A stretch of DNA of 42,101 bases from an uncultured Clostridia bacterium (GCA_944389045.1 CALXKW010000002.1:1-42101); one strand, 5' to 3'. Shown: positions 17,829-26,085, numbered from the stretch's first letter. Program-made: numbers and translations. The notes: a model not told the origin generated them from the letters alone.

Positions 17829-19181
17829 TTATTTGACCGGATAGTATCGGTTTATATATTCAGCAATACTGTAATTGCTATCATGCCTACACTCTTCAAT
17901 CATCTCTTTTGTCAGCCAACGTCGTTTAGAAAGGTCTAATACGGCATATTCTCTGCAACACGAGCAAAGGGTTGTTTCATAGATGTAGAAGAAAAACTCT
18001 TTTGGCAATTTGACATTTTGATCCTTAACGCCCAAAATGTGCATCCCAATGCCGTGCCAATCGGATTTGTCCTTGTAATCGGCACGTATTTGATAAAGTT
18101 CATCCAATAATAATTGCTTGTCTTCTGCTTTATAGTTGCACAGCAGCATTTCTATAGCATACGTCATATTGGTTCTGTCGGCAAGTAACTCAAACGCATA
18201 TGCCCGCACTTCTTCACTTTGACAATTAATCAGAACCCCGAAAGCATTTTCACGCAATTTTTTATGAGACGATTTGGAATACTCAATAATTGCATTGTGA
18301 GAAAAAGGAAAGTTATCATTTCTGTAAGCAAAGGTAGAAAGCAATTCTGCTTTTACATCAAGATCGGATTCAGCAAGGATCTCTTGTGCCAATTTTAGTT
18401 TTTCTTCTGCGACTGCATGTCTGCCAAATCGAACTCGAGAGGAAGGAGATAATTTTCCGGTCGAAGATATTTCATCTTTAATATTCTCAGCACTTGGTGC
18501 AGCAATGGGCTTTCGCACGATCTGCTTCATCTCTTTCTGTGCTTTTAAGTAGTTTTCGTAAAAACTGAGAAGGTTTTGCGATTTCTTAGATTCGAAACGC
18601 AAGATCGAAAGAAATTTTTTACATCCCCCATGCTCCATGCAGGAACAAAACCAATCAAAATCACTTCCATTGTAGTGAGGATTCTCTCGGAACAAACGTC
18701 CCATATCCGATGCTATGCGTAAAATCCCGTCTGTTTCTTCCATTGAGCTGATTGCCAAGCAAATCCGCTCAAAGTTGTCACGCTCAAAATCATAACTAAC
18801 GAATCTACGTTTGCTGATTAGGGTTGCTAAAAGCTTATCATATTTTTTCTGCAATGCCTTTTTTGCATTAGTATTCCCGTTTTCCGCGAAACAGCAGAGC
18901 AAATTGCAAAAATGCGAAAATGTCCAATCCGAGCGACGAGGAAGACGTTCAAAAGCGTCAATTATCGGAATAACAAAGTATTGCTCGTCATTGAAATACG
19001 TGGTTAATTCATAAACGAAATAAGCGCGAGTTCCTTCACACTGTGTGTCATATGACAAATTGTGTAAGCATCCCCACAAAACAATTTCTTTATATTTTGA
19101 AATGTTTTTGGCGTTTTTCAGTACTAAAACACATCTTCCCAAGCCTTGCTGCATATAACGTTTGAAATCTCTTTTGTTCAA
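17829..19181 (-). CDS. hypothetical 450-aa helical-repeat protein with Cys-containing C-terminus
   Basis: Long ORF in very AT-rich DNA. TTG start with AGGAGG (19188-19193) 6 nt upstream. HEAT-like segments (e.g. EEVRAYAFELLADRTN). The C-terminus is ETTLCSCCREYAV...ECRHD. No family was recognised. Confidence 0.75.
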   Translation of the reverse strand: MNKRDFKRYMQQGLGRCVLVLKNAKNISKYKEIVLWGCLHNLSYDTQCEGTRAYFVYELTTYFNDEQYFVIPIIDAFERLPRRSDWTFSHFCNLLCCFAENGNTNAKKALQKKYDKLLATLISKRRFVSYDFERDNFERICLAISSMEETDGILRIASDMGRLFRENPHYNGSDFDWFCSCMEHGGCKKFLSILRFESKKSQNLLSFYENYLKAQKEMKQIVRKPIAAPSAENIKDEISSTGKLSPSSRVRFGRHAVAEEKLKLAQEILAESDLDVKAELLSTFAYRNDNFPFSHNAIIEYSKSSHKKLRENAFGVLINCQSEEVRAYAFELLADRTNMTYAIEMLLCNYKAEDKQLLLDELYQIRADYKDKSDWHGIGMHILGVKDQNVKLPKEFFFYIYETTLCSCCREYAVLDLSKRRWLTKEMIEECRHDSNYSIAEYINRYYPVK

Positions 19182-19202
19182 TATGATCCTCCTAAAATTA
19201 CA

Positions 19203-19224
19203 GCCGCAGGGTCTCCCCTGCGGC
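19203..19224 (-). promoter_or_regulatory. 9-bp GC hairpin immediately upstream of the 450-aa gene RBS (leader terminator/attenuator-like)
   Basis: GCCGCAGGG-tctc-CCCTGCGGC. On the minus strand it is followed by UGUAAUUUUAGGAGG. A second hairpin, TGCGGT/ACCGCA, lies at 19232-19247. Confidence 0.35.
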
Positions 19225-19282
19225 TTTGATCTGCGGTCAAAACCGCAAATTTGGTACTCGAATGCCTTATGAATACCGGAAT

Positions 19283-19327
19283 TGGTCGGAGTGACAGGAT
19301 TCGAACCTGCGGCATCGAAGTCCCAAA
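19283..19327 (-). pseudogene. 3' half of a tRNA-Pro(UGG) gene (anticodon loop to CCA); candidate att-site remnant
   Basis: The reverse complement reads TTTGGGACTTCGATGCCGCAGGTTCGAATCCTGTCACTCCGACCA. It matches 37 of 45 positions of the corresponding part of the intact tRNA-Pro at 21547-21622. The T-stem differences are compensatory (GCAGG/CCTGT versus GCACG/CGTGT). No 5' half is present. Confidence 0.8.
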
Positions 19328-19773
19328 CAGAGAAAAGGAGGTTTTTTGCCTCATTTTCGTGCCTTTTTGGTGCTTTTCAGTCCGAAATCGATGCTTTCGG
19401 GTGCTCCCCGTCGCACTGCTTCCACGTAGTCCGAAGCTGTAAGTGATCAAAAATGTGGTCAGGCTTATAATCCCATATCACTATCACCACCTCACACGAG
19501 CCGAAGGCTCCAAGCCAAGGTGGCTTTTTTTGCTATTCTCATTATACCATCAAACTGCGAATAATTCAAGTACCTTCGCTACTAAAAATTTGCACACAGT
19601 AATCAAAGAAAACCGCTCCGCCAAAACCGGATTCACCATAGGAGTAATTGTAGTAAAGAGAGTATGCTGAGAAATGCTTTCTCAGCAGATTCTTGACTTG
19701 AAAATTTAGAATTATTTATTGAAACTCCATTGATGTTTTGTCGGATTTAGTATATAATATTTCCGACAAGGTG

Positions 19774-20150
19774 ATGTCAAGAAACGAACCATTTCTATAA
19801 ACCAAAGAAGAAAGGATCCGCAACTCGCCCAAGGGTATGTTTTTTTTGACCTCAGATTTTACGGATTTAGTGTTCTCGGATGCTGCAAACAGAGCTTTTT
19901 TTCGCCTTGAAGAAGCCGGGCTAATTCGCAGGATCCTTTTCTGCGTTTATGAATATCTCGATTATAATGAATTTTTGGACGAATATGTCGAGCCTTCTCC
20001 CGATATGATAGCGCATGCATTGGCAAAAAATTCGGATGGACTATCGTTGCCTGCGGCGATACCGCACTGAAATTGCTCGGTATTTCTACACAAGTTCCTG
20101 CCGTTTGGCTCTATGTCAGCGACGGAACAAACGCAGCAGCGTGGATTTAA
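19774..20150 (+). pseudogene. AbiEi/DUF6088-type antitoxin gene, disrupted by at least two frameshifts
   Basis: Promoter TTGATG-17-TATAAT at 19730-19758. The pieces are MSRNEPFL*, then KEERIRNSPKGMFFLTSDFTDL...EEAGLIRRI...PSPDMIAHALAKNS, then (shifted) GWTIVACGDTALKLLGISTQVPAVWLYVSDG. This follows the order of conserved blocks in the family. Confidence 0.5.
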
Positions 20151-20172
20151 AAGAAATCTGCGGGGGAGCAAA

Positions 20173-20307
20173 ATGAGAAATGTAGTAACCATAGCGGCGC
20201 GCGACCGAGAGGTACTGTTCCGTAATACGGCCGCCAAGATGGGTATGAGTGAGGCAATAATCGAAAAAGGTGAAACTGATTTCCCCATTGAAAGAAGACT
20301 GAGGTGA
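20173..20307 (+). pseudogene. N-terminal stub of an AbiEii-type nucleotidyltransferase toxin
   Basis: MRNVVTIAARDREVLFRNTAAKMGMSEAIIEKG... resembles the AbiEii N-terminus (..lF..ta.kmgi...iiEKD..). The frame ends after about 44 codons instead of about 250-300. Confidence 0.4.
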
Positions 20308-20313
20308 GATAGA

Positions 20314-20520
20314 ATGTATCAATACGAATATGAAACAGTAAGCTGTGAATTGGGCGGTTGGGGCTTTGGCTCCGGTAACATTTATGAGATCGATGACTAC
20401 CGTTCAGTCATTGATAAGAGAGCAAAAGAAGGCTGGCGCTTTGTTGGCTATATTCCTACAAGGCAGCGCGGAACCGGACATGTCCAGAAACTTGATTTGA
20501 TTTTCGAAAAAGAGATTTGA
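20314..20520 (+). CDS. DUF4177-like small protein (68 aa)
   Basis: MYQYEYETVSCELGG......KRAKEGWRFVGYIP.....LDLIFEKE fits the Y-EY...G....eGW.lv....f.r pattern of DUF4177. A GAGGTGA RBS lies upstream. Confidence 0.6.
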   Translation: MYQYEYETVSCELGGWGFGSGNIYEIDDYRSVIDKRAKEGWRFVGYIPTRQRGTGHVQKLDLIFEKEI

Positions 20521-20779
20521 GGGGGTGGCCATTATAAATTGGGTGGTACGGATCGAATCACCTATCCCGATGACTTCGTAAAACATGCATATGAGGAAGG
20601 TCACGATTATGAAAGCCTAAAACGCGACTTGATCTATGGCTTTACTCGTATTGGCGGGGTCGATTCTGAGGCAGTATTCTACATACGATTCTTTATAGTC
20701 TAACACCTTGATTTCCTCGAAATCATTTTTCTCTAAAAAGTCGAATATAGAGTAGGGCAAGTTGTGACGTACACTTTTC

Positions 20780-21079
20780 GTGATGTTGTGCCTCCCGATT
20801 GACAGCGATGTGGTGATCGACGTTGTCAATCTGAAACTATCGGTCGAGATGTTCGGCTCCTTTGGCACGGCGGACGGTGTCTGTCCCGCCTGTCACATGA
20901 ACAAGCTCCATTGGATCTCGGTGCTTCTTCCCGACGCGCCCGAGGATGTGGTGAAGTTCCTTGTTAACGTGATTTTTGAGGCAATGAAGGAAATACGGAA
21001 ACGCAGAAAAGACTGCAGTATAACGCAAAAGGGTGGTTCTCATGAGCCATCCTTTTCTTCTGCCGATAAGACCATCTAA
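20780..21079 (+). pseudogene. 5'-truncated YjbR/MmcQ-family gene
   Basis: ...VVNLKLSVEMFGSFGTADGVCPACHMNKLHWISVLLPDAPEDVVKFLVNVIFEA parallels the '..LK..pe....L......P..HlNK.HW.tV.ldg..pd' core of YjbR. About 45 N-terminal residues are missing, and a stop lies just upstream. Confidence 0.45.
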
Positions 21080-21180
21080 TTTGTTTGCCGTTAACGGCAC
21101 TTTTATTAGATGAATGCAGAAGTTATCTGCTTGATAACAGATTAAACGCTGGGCCTGTGCCTTCTGTGATATATTGTGTG

Positions 21181-21354
21181 TTAACAAAAGCCAGGGAGGT
21201 AGGCACAAGGGCAAAAATAATCCGTCCTCTTCAAAGTGATTGTTCTGCATATAAATTCTTCATTTAGCCGTAACACCCATTGATTGTCAAGAATAAACTG
21301 TTCGCGGGCGTCCGCTGTCAGCGGAGCGAGGATTACTTTTGTATTTTTCATCAT
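21181..21354 (-). pseudogene. possible N-terminal stub of a GNAT acetyltransferase
   Basis: MMKNTKVILAPLTADAREQFILDNQ... looks like a GNAT N-terminus. It then degenerates and stops after 57 codons. No convincing RBS. Confidence 0.3.
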
Positions 21355-21367
21355 GAAAATCTCTTGA

Positions 21368-21406
21368 AATATAAAAATACTCGGCCATTACAAAGTAATG
21401 ACCGAG
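21368..21406 (-). terminator. rho-independent terminator on the minus strand, about 140 nt downstream of tRNA-Pro
   Basis: The minus strand reads CUCGGUCAUUAC-uuug-GUAAUGGCCGAG followed by UAUUUUUAUAUUU. The single non-Watson-Crick pair is G.U on the minus strand but C/A on the plus strand, which favours minus-strand function. Confidence 0.6.
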
Positions 21407-21508
21407 CGCACTCGACACTTGATCCGGTATGCGGTCTGCAAATCCTTTCGGATTTACGATCCCCAAGCGTTACGACGCCCCACCTCCGGTGAGAACTGTT
21501 TCATTTTC

Positions 21509-21542
21509 GCTGATTTGACCGTAAAATAACGGTCAAATCAGC
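21509..21542 (-). other. perfect 13-bp hairpin abutting the 3' end of tRNA-Pro
   Basis: GCTGATTTGACCG-taaaataa-CGGTCAAATCAGC. No U-run follows on either strand, so this is not a canonical terminator. Confidence 0.5.
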
Positions 21543-21546
21543 ATTC

Positions 21547-21622
21547 TGGTCGGAGTGACACGATTCGAACGTGCGACCTGATGGTCCCAAACCACCCGCT
21601 CTACCAACTGAGCCACACCCCG
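21547..21622 (-). tRNA. tRNA-Pro (anticodon UGG), CCA encoded
   Basis: The reverse complement folds by hand into a cloverleaf: CGGGGTG-TG-GCTC-AGTTGGTA-GAGC-G-GGTGG-TTTGGGA-CCATC-AGGTC-GCACG-TTCGAAT-CGTGT-CACTCCG-A-CCA. Confidence 0.9.
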
Positions 21623-22224
21623 ATGGTTTTGACATAGTGTTTATTTTACGATATCGCGGTCAAAAGTCGTATGGAAATGCACGAAATAAGGGAGGAATGA
21701 AAAACGAAAAATTGTCAAGCTTTATTTCGGAAACGAAAAGACCGGGAGCACTGCCTTCTTGTGATTGTGCTTTTAAAAGCGCGGTCTTTGAAAAAATGTG
21801 CATTTTAAACGCGCCAGGGAATATCTTCTCTCCGGACACGCTATTATTATAGCAGTCTTTCTTTCAAAAGTCAACACCGGCGGGAGGCTTTTTGTTTGAG
21901 GGCAGCACCCCGGGCAAGCAAGGTCGATTCGCCGGGGTGTGGGGCGGATAAAATCTGTCCGGCATCCGAGGGGATTTTGGAGTGGCAATCGGTTATGGAG
22001 GAAGACGATACGGACAGGCGGTCGGGCAAAGAAAAATAGGCGGTCTTTCTAAGGAAGGAGTCTATTCGGCGCTCTTACGGCAGGAATACGTCGGGGAAGG
22101 AAAGTGCCGTGGGGGTCGGTAGTTTCATGCGGTAGTCGGTTGGGTCACGGATTCTCTTCTGGGGCCGCGGATGATGGAAATTGTCCTTCCGGTTCTTTCC
22201 GTTTGATAAAATCGGGCGCAAACA

Positions 22225-22253
22225 TTGACTTTTTTCGGGATTTGGTGTAAAAT
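22225..22253 (+). promoter_or_regulatory. candidate promoter TTGACT-17 nt-TAAAAT for the surface-protein gene
   Basis: -35 at 22225-22230 and -10 at 22248-22253. Leaves a leader of about 150 nt before the ATG at 22414. Confidence 0.45.
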
Positions 22254-22413
22254 AAAAGACAAAAATGGCGGATTGTCTGCCGGCTCTGCCGGCAGTCGGA
22301 AAACGCCGCTATTTCTTGGCCGAGAAGGGCCGGCAGTATTCCGCTGAGGACTGGCTTCGCTGATAAAATGCGTCTCTCTGCGGATACGAGTACAGAAAGG
22401 CTTGAACCGTTTT

Positions 22414-25400
22414 ATGAAAAAGAATGTTTCCTCTGAAGGATTTTGGAGTAAAATCGGCGCCGCGCTGAAAAATGCATTTTTGAAGGCGGCGGGGTGGATA
22501 AAGGGACTTTTTCAGAAGCTCTCGACCCGCAGTCTGATCTTCATTGCCGCCGGGGTCTTCCTGCTTTTGGCGGTCTTTGTGACGGTGCTCTTCCTGCTGC
22601 TCCGCACGCCGGAAAAGCCGAGCGACTCCTCTTCCTCCCCGCCGGATACCGAAGCGCCGTCGACTACCGAAACGGAGTTTTTGGTCACTCCCATCGAAGG
22701 AGTCGAAGTCGAGGTCAGCGCGGACGGCCGGAGCATTACGCTGTATGTGCTGGAGGGCACCGTGTCGGTCGATTTTGCTTCGATGGTGACGGCCAAGGAG
22801 AGCTGGACAGTGATGGACGACGACAAAAAGATTCTGGAGGACGGCGTTCTGCCGGTTACCGAAAACGGCGTCAGCTATACGGTATCCTATGGCCCCTCCC
22901 GTCTGCCCTATCGCGTCACCATTCGGTATATCGAATTCTATACGGTCACTTTTGAGGGACTCGACGGCTATACGCTCTCGGTGAAACGGGGGGGAAAGGC
23001 CGCCTCTCCGGCCGATCTGCCCGAGAAGACCGGCTACCGTTTCGACGGCTGGGATTTTGATTTCGACAGTCCGATTACGGAAAATACATATGTGAAAGCC
23101 AAGTGGACGCCGAACCGCTATGTAATCACCTTCGACGCCGCCGGCGGCAGCGTGTCGCCCGGAACGCTTGAAGTGACCTTCGGCGCCTCCGTGACGCTTC
23201 CCGAGCCGAGCAAGACCGGATTTACCTTTATCGGGTGGTATGCCGGCGATAGGCCGGTCGGCTCCGGAACCTGGGAAATTGCCGGGGATGTGACGCTGGT
23301 CGCCGCCTGGGACAATCACGATTACCGCATTACCTATGACGCCGCCGGCGGTTATGTGGATAAGACCGTTCAGGGCGTGTCCTTCGGCGAGGCCTTTACG
23401 CCTCCCACGCCCGAGCGCGTCGGATATACCTTTTTGGGCTGGTTTGTGGGCGAAACGCCGCTCGATTCCTCGTCATACGCCTATACCACCGACGTCGTCT
23501 GTGTGGCCAGATGGGCGGAGAACCGCTATACGGTTCACTATGTGACCAACGGCGGGGAAGAGATTGCGAGCGAGGCCCTTCTGTTCTCGGAGATCGGAAA
23601 AAGGACTCCCGTGCGCCCCGGCTATACCTTCGGCGGCTGGTACTATGACCCGTCGCTGAGCGAGACCAACATTGTGGTCGGTGAAGACGGTGCGGTGACC
23701 GCTTATGCCTGGTGGCAGGAGGAGAGCCGAACCTCGGACTTTACCTTCTCCCTTGAAGAAAAGGGTGCGGTGATTACCGGATACCGCGGCACGAAGAGTC
23801 TCTGTGTGGTGCCCTCCTTTATCGGAGGCCTGCCGGTGGTGGCGGTGGGCGAGGCCGCTTTTGAAAACGCGGCGACTTTAGTACAGATCGTTCTGCCCGA
23901 AACGGTGACCGAACTCGGTGCCGGCGCTTTTGCCGGATGCAGCCGCCTTGAGAAGTTCAACCCGATTGAGAACACCGCCGACAGCCGGCCGGTGGATCTC
24001 GAGGGCTTTTCTTCGATCGGTGCCGGCGCTTTCCGCGGTACGGCTTTCGTCTCGGTGACGATTCCGGACGATATGCTCTCGCTTCCCGATGAGCTTTTTG
24101 CCGAATGCACCAAGCTTCGGCAGGTGAATTTGAACCGGGTGACCGAACTTGGCGCCGGAGTCTTTGCCGGCTGTACCGCGCTTGATTCGGTGACGATTCC
24201 CGACGGGGCCACCTCGCTCGGAGCGGATCTCTTCCGCGGCTGTACCGGACTTTTGGATCTGTCGATCCCCTCTACGGTGAGCGAAATCGGCGCCGGCGCT
24301 TTCGCGGGCTGTACCTCTCTGAAGGCGATTCTTCTTCCGCGCGGGCTGTCCTCTTTGGAAGATGAGCTGTTCGCGGGATGCTCCGCTCTCGTCACAATCG
24401 GCAATCTGACCTCCGACAACACCGCGCTTCGTACCATCGGTAAGTATGTGTTTGCCGACTGCGTGAAGCTTTCTGCCATCGAGCTTCCGAATAATCTTGC
24501 GTCTATCGGAGAAGGGGCGTTCTCCGGCTGTACCGCGCTTGTCTCGATGACGATCCCCGCGTCGGTAACCCTTCTGGAAGACTCGCTCTTCAGCGGCTGC
24601 TCGCGTCTTCAGACCTTGATTCTTCGCGGGGTGGTCACGCGCATCGGCGACAATGCTTTCAGCGGATGCCGGCTTCTCTCCGAGCTGATTCTGAGCGAAG
24701 GCCTGGAGAGCATCGGCGAAGGGGCGTTTCTGCACTGTCTGAGCCTGACGCGCATGACGCTTCCCGAAAGTCTTACCTCGATCGGAAAAGACGCTTTCTC
24801 GGGCTGCGTGAAATTGCAGGCGGTGAACATCCCCCTCGGCGTGACAGAAATTCCCGCCGGTGTGTTCGATGGCTGCGGTGCGCTTGAGACGCTGACCTGG
24901 CACGACGGCGTCACCGCGGTCGGAGACGGAGCCTTCGCGGGCTGTTCGCTGCTGTCGCTTCCGTTTATGCCCGCCTCGCTTCAGAGAATCGGGGTGGAGG
25001 CCTTCCGTGGCTGCTACGACCTGCAGACGCTTACGTTGGAAACAGCGCTGGTCTCGATCGGCAGCCGGGCGTTTGCCGACTGCATTTCGCTGACCCGGGT
25101 TTTGTTCAAGGGCTCTGCCGAACAGTGGAAGGGCGCGGTGGCTGACGACGCTTTTGAGGGCTGTACCAGCCTTGGGGACAACATCATTGTGACACCGGGT
25201 ATTGTCGATGACCTGGCCCCTTGGCTTCTTGCGAATCCCTCGTCCGGAGCGCTCTGGGCGATCGACAATACGCTGCCGATGAACGGAAAGCGTCCTGCTG
25301 CCGTTCTCGCTTTCGCGCCCGAGAATCTTTTCTTCAACAATCTGATTCTTACCGATCCCGAAAATGCCGATCCGGTAACCGGCGCCTCGGTCAATCCCGC

Positions 25401-26085
25401 TTATACATGGGAGATGGTCGTGGCGGGGCAGACCCTGACCATCTCCTCGTTTGAGGTTTACAATTTCGGCGGGTACGGTTATGTGATTCTCGATCTGGGC
25501 GAAGAGTTTATTCCGGCCGCCGGGGTCGCCCGCTACGCGGCCTCGCTGACCATTTATGGCTCCGCCGGAGAGCCTCTCTATCAGGCGGAGCTTGGCGAGT
25601 GCATCTTCCGCAATGCCGTCCTCTCTCTGACCGAGGATCCCTCCCGCGAGGAGAGCGATCCCCTTGGCGGCTTTACACTTTCCTCCGGTCCCTCGCTCGG
25701 TATGAGTTACGGAGCCGAGAATCTTTTTGACAGCAATCTCGATACGCGCTTTTTCTCTCAGGACCGCACGCCGATTGTGATCTCCTTTGAAGAAAAGGTT
25801 CGCCTTACGTCCTATTCGTTTATCACTTCGCCTGCGGGAGCCTGTTATCCCGAAGCGCTTCCTTCCGGCTGGACTCTTTACGGCGGTGCGGAGAACGAGG
25901 ACGGTGAATGGGAATGGGTGGAGGTCAGTAGAGTGGAATCCGCCGGGTTTTCCGCCGAAAGCTGGGTGGAACACAACATTAATGTGGAACACGATACCGC
26001 TTATCGGCAGTACATGCTGGTCTTCGACGGGGAAGGGCCGCTCACGCTTTCCGAAATCATGTTTTTTGGAAATGCCGTTGCCTGA
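22414..26085 (+). CDS. membrane-anchored surface protein: N-terminal TM helix, Listeria-Bacteroides (Flg_new) repeats, BspA-type leucine-rich repeats, C-terminal discoidin/F5-8 type C-like domain
   Basis: ATG at 22414, 13 nt after AGAAAGG. The track's TTG at 22402 is too close to the RBS. TM segment LIFIAAGVFLLLAVFVTVLFLLL. Four G(Y/F)TFxGW repeats. More than 12 repeats of the xxIGxxAFxGCxxLxxIxLP type. The C-terminus is AENLFDSNLDTRFFS...WTLYGGAENEDGEWEWVEV. Confidence 0.85.
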   Translation: MKKNVSSEGFWSKIGAALKNAFLKAAGWIKGLFQKLSTRSLIFIAAGVFLLLAVFVTVLFLLLRTPEKPSDSSSSPPDTEAPSTTETEFLVTPIEGVEVEVSADGRSITLYVLEGTVSVDFASMVTAKESWTVMDDDKKILEDGVLPVTENGVSYTVSYGPSRLPYRVTIRYIEFYTVTFEGLDGYTLSVKRGGKAASPADLPEKTGYRFDGWDFDFDSPITENTYVKAKWTPNRYVITFDAAGGSVSPGTLEVTFGASVTLPEPSKTGFTFIGWYAGDRPVGSGTWEIAGDVTLVAAWDNHDYRITYDAAGGYVDKTVQGVSFGEAFTPPTPERVGYTFLGWFVGETPLDSSSYAYTTDVVCVARWAENRYTVHYVTNGGEEIASEALLFSEIGKRTPVRPGYTFGGWYYDPSLSETNIVVGEDGAVTAYAWWQEESRTSDFTFSLEEKGAVITGYRGTKSLCVVPSFIGGLPVVAVGEAAFENAATLVQIVLPETVTELGAGAFAGCSRLEKFNPIENTADSRPVDLEGFSSIGAGAFRGTAFVSVTIPDDMLSLPDELFAECTKLRQVNLNRVTELGAGVFAGCTALDSVTIPDGATSLGADLFRGCTGLLDLSIPSTVSEIGAGAFAGCTSLKAILLPRGLSSLEDELFAGCSALVTIGNLTSDNTALRTIGKYVFADCVKLSAIELPNNLASIGEGAFSGCTALVSMTIPASVTLLEDSLFSGCSRLQTLILRGVVTRIGDNAFSGCRLLSELILSEGLESIGEGAFLHCLSLTRMTLPESLTSIGKDAFSGCVKLQAVNIPLGVTEIPAGVFDGCGALETLTWHDGVTAVGDGAFAGCSLLSLPFMPASLQRIGVEAFRGCYDLQTLTLETALVSIGSRAFADCISLTRVLFKGSAEQWKGAVADDAFEGCTSLGDNIIVTPGIVDDLAPWLLANPSSGALWAIDNTLPMNGKRPAAVLAFAPENLFFNNLILTDPENADPVTGASVNPAYTWEMVVAGQTLTISSFEVYNFGGYGYVILDLGEEFIPAAGVARYAASLTIYGSAGEPLYQAELGECIFRNAVLSLTEDPSREESDPLGGFTLSSGPSLGMSYGAENLFDSNLDTRFFSQDRTPIVISFEEKVRLTSYSFITSPAGACYPEALPSGWTLYGGAENEDGEWEWVEVSRVESAGFSAESWVEHNINVEHDTAYRQYMLVFDGEGPLTLSEIMFFGNAVA

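Noticed and set aside
19178-19450. 90-aa minus ORF and 63-aa plus ORF spanning the tRNA-Pro fragment, and the 93-aa ORF 21571-21852 spanning the intact tRNA-Pro.
   Set aside because: They read through tRNA sequence and hairpins, and nothing supports them as coding.
20528-20550. The string AAATTGGGTGGTACGG, which resembles the conserved T-box motif (AA..GGGTGGTACCGCG).
   Set aside because: There is no Stem I or specifier structure upstream (that DNA is the DUF4177 ORF). No terminator/antiterminator alternative follows, and no aminoacyl-tRNA-related gene lies downstream. I take it as a chance match.
20521-20702. In-frame 60-codon open extension after the DUF4177 TGA stop (possible read-through or selenocysteine), and the overlapping minus ORF 20617-20868.
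   Set aside because: There is no SECIS-like hairpin after the TGA. DUF4177 proteins are normally about 60-70 aa. The extension is more likely a remnant of another decayed gene, and I cannot tell which strand was once coding.
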